Source: an uncultured Muribaculaceae bacterium
GTDB lineage: Bacteria > Bacteroidota > Bacteroidia > Bacteroidales > UBA932
Direction of reading: 5' to 3'
NCBI GenBank assembly: GCA_964608175.1
Contig: CAZSMO010000008.1
Span: 10,291-74,290 of the forward strand
Length of the DNA: 64,000 nucleotides
In this document: positions 60,201 to 64,000 of the stretch, piece by piece
Layout of the letters: every line of letters starts with the position of its first letter
Position numbering within the stretch: position 1 is the stretch's first letter
Program-made: the position numbers and the translations under genes
Notes under the pieces: generated by a model
What the model was told of the DNA's origin: nothing
Databases searched by the model: none
The model's input: only the letters and a program-made list of their open reading frames with translations

Positions 60201-60392
60201 AGCATCGGACATGGCGGTTGCAGAGGAGCTTGTAGTCCCCTTTACATAAACCACTGCCCCGACCTGCGGCTCTCCGTCTTCAGCAGATGTGACCGTGCCT
60301 GTGACGGTGATAGTCTTGCCGCCCTGAGCTGACGCGACCGTAGAGCCCAGGATGAGCGCAAAGACAGTAAGGAACTTCCCGATAGTTTTCAT
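57300..60392 (-). CDS. SusC/RagA family TonB-dependent receptor
   Basis: [26 protein letters not shown] and C-terminal ...GVKLSF. A TATGTTTG promoter box lies at 60446-60453. Confidence 0.96.
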   Translation of the reverse strand: [1030 protein letters not shown]

Positions 60393-60445
60393 ATAAAATC
60401 AGTATTAGTTGATGTTCGATTTGCGGTTGTCATCACATTATGCTG

Positions 60446-60599
60446 CAAACATAAGAAAAAATTTCGTTAGTGAAAGCTTTTTAGGCAAAAATTTTTTCGT
60501 TTTCCCGATTTTTTTGTTTCGTTCACAACCTAAAACGAAACATTTTCGAAATATGCAGGGGTTAAACGAAACTTTTCGTATCTTGCAGAAAATTTCGTT
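60446..60599. promoter_or_regulatory. Divergent promoter region with repeated TTTCGTT/AACGAAA operator-like heptamers
   Basis: TTTCGTT at 60462, 60495, 60517 and 60593; AACGAAA at 60534 and 60565; near matches at 60544 and 60574. Confidence 0.6.
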
Positions 60600-60637
60600 T
60601 GCTACCTGCCATGGCAGGTGGAGGTCTAAAATATATT

Positions 60638-61402
60638 ATGGGAGCAATTTTAGAGAGGAGAAAATACATCCTCGATGCAATCGTAGATCAGGGCTTTGTT
60701 AAAGTCTCATCCCTCGCCACCAAGTTCGGCGTCACTCAAACCACAATCCGTAAGGACCTTAATTATCTTGAGAGTCAAGGACTTCTATACAGGGCATACG
60801 GCAGTGCCCTCCCGACCGCAGCTCCCATAAAAGATATCAGTCTGGAGACCAAGAAAAGGATCAATTATGAAAAGAAGCAGAAAATCGCCGAGGCCGCCTG
60901 CTCCCTGATTGAGCCAAACGACTCAATCATCATTGCTTCAGGGTCCACAATGGCTGTCTTTGCCGATCATATCAAGCCCAAGGACAGGCTCAATGTGGTG
61001 ACCTCCGCAGTGAACATCTCGGCCAGCCTTGGGGAGACTGACAATGTCACAGTCATGCAGGTAGGCGGCATACTCTATTCCAACACACTCTCTGTCTCTG
61101 GAAACGATGCAATAGAGTTTATCCGTAACATCTTCTGCAACAAACTCTTCTTTGGCGGGGACGGGCTGGACCCGCAGTACGGCGTGACCTGCGCGGTGAG
61201 GGAGGAGGCGGAACTCACCAAACAGATGATGCAGTCCTCCAAGACTCACATCCTTCTGTGCGATTCCACCAAACTAGGCAGGAAAGGCTTTGCCCGCATC
61301 TGCCCAATTGAGGATATCGACATCCTAATCACCGATGATGAACTCCCGGCCGAGGGTAAAGAGCATATTGAAGCGGCTGGCGTTAAGGTAATTATAGCAT
61401 AG
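60638..61402 (+). CDS. DeoR/GlpR (AgaR-like) transcriptional regulator
   Basis: HTH VTQTTIRKDLNYLE...RAYG, IIIASGST and LLCDSTKLG; divergent from SusC; likely start 60638. Confidence 0.92.
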   Translation: MGAILERRKYILDAIVDQGFVKVSSLATKFGVTQTTIRKDLNYLESQGLLYRAYGSALPTAAPIKDISLETKKRINYEKKQKIAEAACSLIEPNDSIIIASGSTMAVFADHIKPKDRLNVVTSAVNISASLGETDNVTVMQVGGILYSNTLSVSGNDAIEFIRNIFCNKLFFGGDGLDPQYGVTCAVREEAELTKQMMQSSKTHILLCDSTKLGRKGFARICPIEDIDILITDDELPAEGKEHIEAAGVKVIIA

Positions 61403-61560
61403 CTGGCACAAGCGGTGCACTTGCCAGCAGAGCTTTGAATGCAGACACTAGGCTGTTCTTTAGCTGATTATAGCATAGCTGGCACTAGCCCCGCACTTGC
61501 TTGCAGAGCATTAAGCGATGGCACTTAACTAACATTTAGTTGATTACTGCATAGCTCGCT
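61391..61560 (+). repeat. Degenerate 76-bp-period repeat (~2.2 units) carrying a hairpin
   Basis: ATTA(TA/CT)GCATAGCT at 61391, 61467 and 61543; unit 1 has a GCTGGCA...TGCCAGC stem. Confidence 0.6.
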
Positions 61561-61609
61561 CAAATATTGCTCTCGTTTACAGAACATTCAGTGTCGGCAC
61601 TCCGAATGG

Positions 61610-63301
61610 CTACAGATTTTCGTCCGTAAACTCCACCGCAAGATGGGCGGGCAGGGCACGATTTTCGGGGAACACATGGGAAATCCCGTCAAGGCCGAAA
61701 TACCTGATGTTTTTCAGGTACCTGCAATACAGAAGTGCGTCTTTTTGAAGGGCTTTGGAATCTTTAAGCCCCTGAATGACAATCACCGGTCCCTTATAGC
61801 GCGAGGTCCTGCCGTACACATCCAACTCTCTGGCTCCGTCCGCATACGCCTTGCCAAGCATTTTTCCCTCCCAGAACTTTATGGAATCCGGCATGTCAGG
61901 GCCAATGTCGTAACCGAACAATTTTCCTTTGAGGGCCATGGAGTGAATACAGGCAGCTGGAGCCAGCAGGATTAGGCATTTGATTTTGCGCGCACCCTTA
62001 TCTCCGGCATATACCCCTGCAACGAGTCCGCCCTGGGAGTGTCCGGCAAGGCCTATTCTGTCCTTTTCCACCCAATCGAGTCCCCGAACATAGCTATAAA
62101 CTCTGTCAAGGTCCTCAATTTCGTTTTGGACCGTCATCTTGGAAAAAGCTCCATCGCTGTTTCCATGCCCGTTGAAGTCGAAGCGCACGGTGGCAACCCC
62201 GTGAGAAAGAAGCGAATCCTTTAGAGCCAAGAGCTGGGGCTCATTCTGATGGCCGGTCAGACCATGGCAGATTATGACAAGAGGAGAGGGGCCTTTGTCG
62301 GGGCGTTCTATCGTGCAGGCGAGCCTGCCCTGGGAGCCTTCTATATACAGTGAGTCCACACTCGCAAATTCGGCTTCCATGTTTTCGCGGGGAGTCTTGC
62401 CAAAAGATACAACGCACCCGATGCCACATAACAGGGCGAGAGCGAAGGTAGCCTTGACAAGCAGGGGCAGAAAGGGGTCGAGCCTTCCGCCGCTATGTGT
62501 CCACACTCCGCGAAGATGTTTAATATAAAGGGGCAAAGTGAGCAGGCAAAGCAGGGCAAAATACTTTTTCGAAATCACAATGAAGCAAAGCAGCAGGGCC
62601 CAGGCTGTGCAGATAAGTATAGTCTGGTAAATCTTTGCTCTCTTTTCTCCAAGCCTGAGTGCCACTGTCACCCTCGTCCCAGCATCGCTTGACATATCGC
62701 GGATATTGTTGATATTCAACACTCCAACGCTAAAAAAACCTATTGCACAGGCGGGGAGGATATTGAGTGGGGCGAGAGTGTGAGTCAGTACAAAGGCAGC
62801 ACCCAGTACCGATACAAGACCGAAGAATATAAACACGAAAATATCTCCAAGCCCCCTATAGCCATAAGGTTTGTGCCCGAGAGTATAGCGCACGGCTGCA
62901 ACTGTCGCTGCTGCTCCGAGCAGGATTAGTGCTAATTGTACCCATCCAAGCAGGGTTCCAAAGGAAAACCGGATCATCAGCAGGCCGAAAACACAGCAGA
63001 GAATCGCCATCAGGGCGATGAATTTCTTAATCTGTGATATGCTGATTTCTCCGTCTTGAAGGGAGTACCGGATGCCTTCCCGCCCGTCAGAATCAGTGCC
63101 GTGAAGGGTATCCCCGAGTTCGTTGGAGAGATTCGAGAGGACCTGAAGACTAATGGTGGTAAGTAACAGGAATAAAATGCATAAGCAGAGGTTCCACCCC
63201 ATCGGGACTGCATTCTGAATACCGAGGAAAGTACCGAGAACAACTCCCGAAAGTGAGAGAGGGATGGTTCGCAGGCGCATTGATCTGATATACGGATTCA
63301 T
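61610..63301 (-). CDS. menA: 1,4-dihydroxy-2-naphthoate prenyltransferase (MenA) in frame with a C-terminal alpha/beta hydrolase
   Basis: RLRTIPLS, NLSNELGD and NINNIRD (UbiA family); then ICHG, RFDFNGHGNSDG and GHSQGG. Confidence 0.82.
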   Translation of the reverse strand: MNPYIRSMRLRTIPLSLSGVVLGTFLGIQNAVPMGWNLCLCILFLLLTTISLQVLSNLSNELGDTLHGTDSDGREGIRYSLQDGEISISQIKKFIALMAILCCVFGLLMIRFSFGTLLGWVQLALILLGAAATVAAVRYTLGHKPYGYRGLGDIFVFIFFGLVSVLGAAFVLTHTLAPLNILPACAIGFFSVGVLNINNIRDMSSDAGTRVTVALRLGEKRAKIYQTILICTAWALLLCFIVISKKYFALLCLLTLPLYIKHLRGVWTHSGGRLDPFLPLLVKATFALALLCGIGCVVSFGKTPRENMEAEFASVDSLYIEGSQGRLACTIERPDKGPSPLVIICHGLTGHQNEPQLLALKDSLLSHGVATVRFDFNGHGNSDGAFSKMTVQNEIEDLDRVYSYVRGLDWVEKDRIGLAGHSQGGLVAGVYAGDKGARKIKCLILLAPAACIHSMALKGKLFGYDIGPDMPDSIKFWEGKMLGKAYADGARELDVYGRTSRYKGPVIVIQGLKDSKALQKDALLYCRYLKNIRYFGLDGISHVFPENRALPAHLAVEFTDENL

Positions 63302-63306
63302 GATTA

Positions 63307-64000
63307 TTAAGTTTCGCGAGTAACTGAATTATTGTTATTGAATGATTTGAGAGCTTTTTCGCCGGGGAGAGACTTATACCCTACATACAACCTGCAGAGT
63401 CCGCAGGTATATGCTTTGTGAAGCACTCCCTTATACCCGCATTCCTCCATAATGGATATCCATTGCTTGCGTGGAGGAAAAGCCAGGACAGAAGCAGGCA
63501 AATATTTGTATGCCGCCTTGTCTCCTGAAATCGCGCCCCCAATCTTGGGCACAATACCTTTGAAGTATATTTTATACAGGGAGAGGAGAAATCGGTTTTC
63601 GGGGACGGAAAGTTCGAGAATTACAAGGGCTCCGCCGGGTTTGAGTACGCGAAGTATTTCCCTTAATGCAGCCTTTCGGTCAGAGAAATTACGGATTCCA
63701 AAGGCTATTGTGACCCTGTCGAAGGTATCATCATCAAAAGGGAGACTTTCGGCATCGCATTGCAGAAGCTTTATTTCAACTGCGGCATTATTTTTAGCCT
63801 CCTCCAGCGGGGAGTCGGCAAGTCTATACTTTTTGGGGTCTGCCCTGGCTATTTTAGCCTTCATTACGGCAAGCATTCCTTCCGAAAGGTCGATGCCGGT
63901 GAGACTTCCGCCTGAAGCCATTCTGCGGGCGATTGCGATGCTATAATCTCCGGTACCGCAGGCCACATCGAGAATTTTCTGCGGCACTGAACTGTCAATC
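63307..64000 (-). CDS. menG: Demethylmenaquinone methyltransferase (MenG/UbiE), 5'-truncated by the window
   Basis: ILDVACGTGD, DRVTIAFGIRNF, LRVLKPGG-like and YKYLPASV; the frame continues past 64000. Confidence 0.9.
   Translation of the reverse strand, partial: IDSSVPQKILDVACGTGDYSIAIARRMASGGSLTGIDLSEGMLAVMKAKIARADPKKYRLADSPLEEAKNNAAVEIKLLQCDAESLPFDDDTFDRVTIAFGIRNFSDRKAALREILRVLKPGGALVILELSVPENRFLLSLYKIYFKGIVPKIGGAISGDKAAYKYLPASVLAFPPRKQWISIMEECGYKGVLHKAYTCGLCRLYVGYKSLPGEKALKSFNNNNSVTRET

Noticed and set aside
39022-61402. Reading the large PUL as an ordinary chitin or mucin HexNAc locus
   Set aside because: It has no GH18, sulfatase, sialidase or fucosidase, and that reading leaves the PMBR-like, transglutaminase-like and MurQ-like genes unexplained. 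Bacterial peptidoglycan remains a live alternative.
61391-61560. 76-bp-period repeat as a mini-CRISPR
   Set aside because: There are only ~2.2 degenerate units, the variable parts still share residual similarity, and no cas genes are present.
61610-62380. Hydrolase fused to MenA being MenH
   Set aside because: The motif layout (ICHG, RFDFNGHGNSDG, GHSQGG) fits general esterases; I saw no MenH-specific features.

Overview
Chromosomal window from a Bacteroidales bacterium, judged from SusC/SusD pairs, TAnnTTTG promoters and many lipoprotein signal peptides; a gut or rumen habitat is inferred. From left to right: (1) Two divergent SusC/SusD pairs are separated by an Mpi-family serine invertase gene that itself sits inside a perfect 21-bp inverted repeat (5092-5112 / 6098-6118), which looks like a flip switch between the two transporter operons. 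(2) A ribose-type PUL (LacI, ribokinase, sugar permease, SusC/D) has surface enzymes that are ADP-ribosylglycohydrolase-family lipoproteins. (3) Housekeeping genes follow: nrdDG, rnhB, tRNA-Leu(CAA), aroB, an aroD-aroA fusion and an M16 peptidase. (4) An HUH/Y1 (RAYT/IS200-like) transposase is flanked by 107-bp hairpin elements, with a 36-bp tandem array built from the element end. (5) A ~22-kb, 13-gene DeoR/AgaR-associated PUL contains SusC/D, two GH20s, a divergent MurQ, amidases/peptidases, a HexNAc transporter and a kinase, plus three lipoproteins that resemble Methanobacteriales pseudomurein-binding, transglutaminase-like and glycoside-hydrolase cell-wall proteins. This is the top candidate for a new system: a bacterial locus for foraging on, or attacking, methanogen cell walls. 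(6) menA fused to an alpha/beta hydrolase and a partial menG close the window. All family assignments come from motif recognition by eye; no searches were run.
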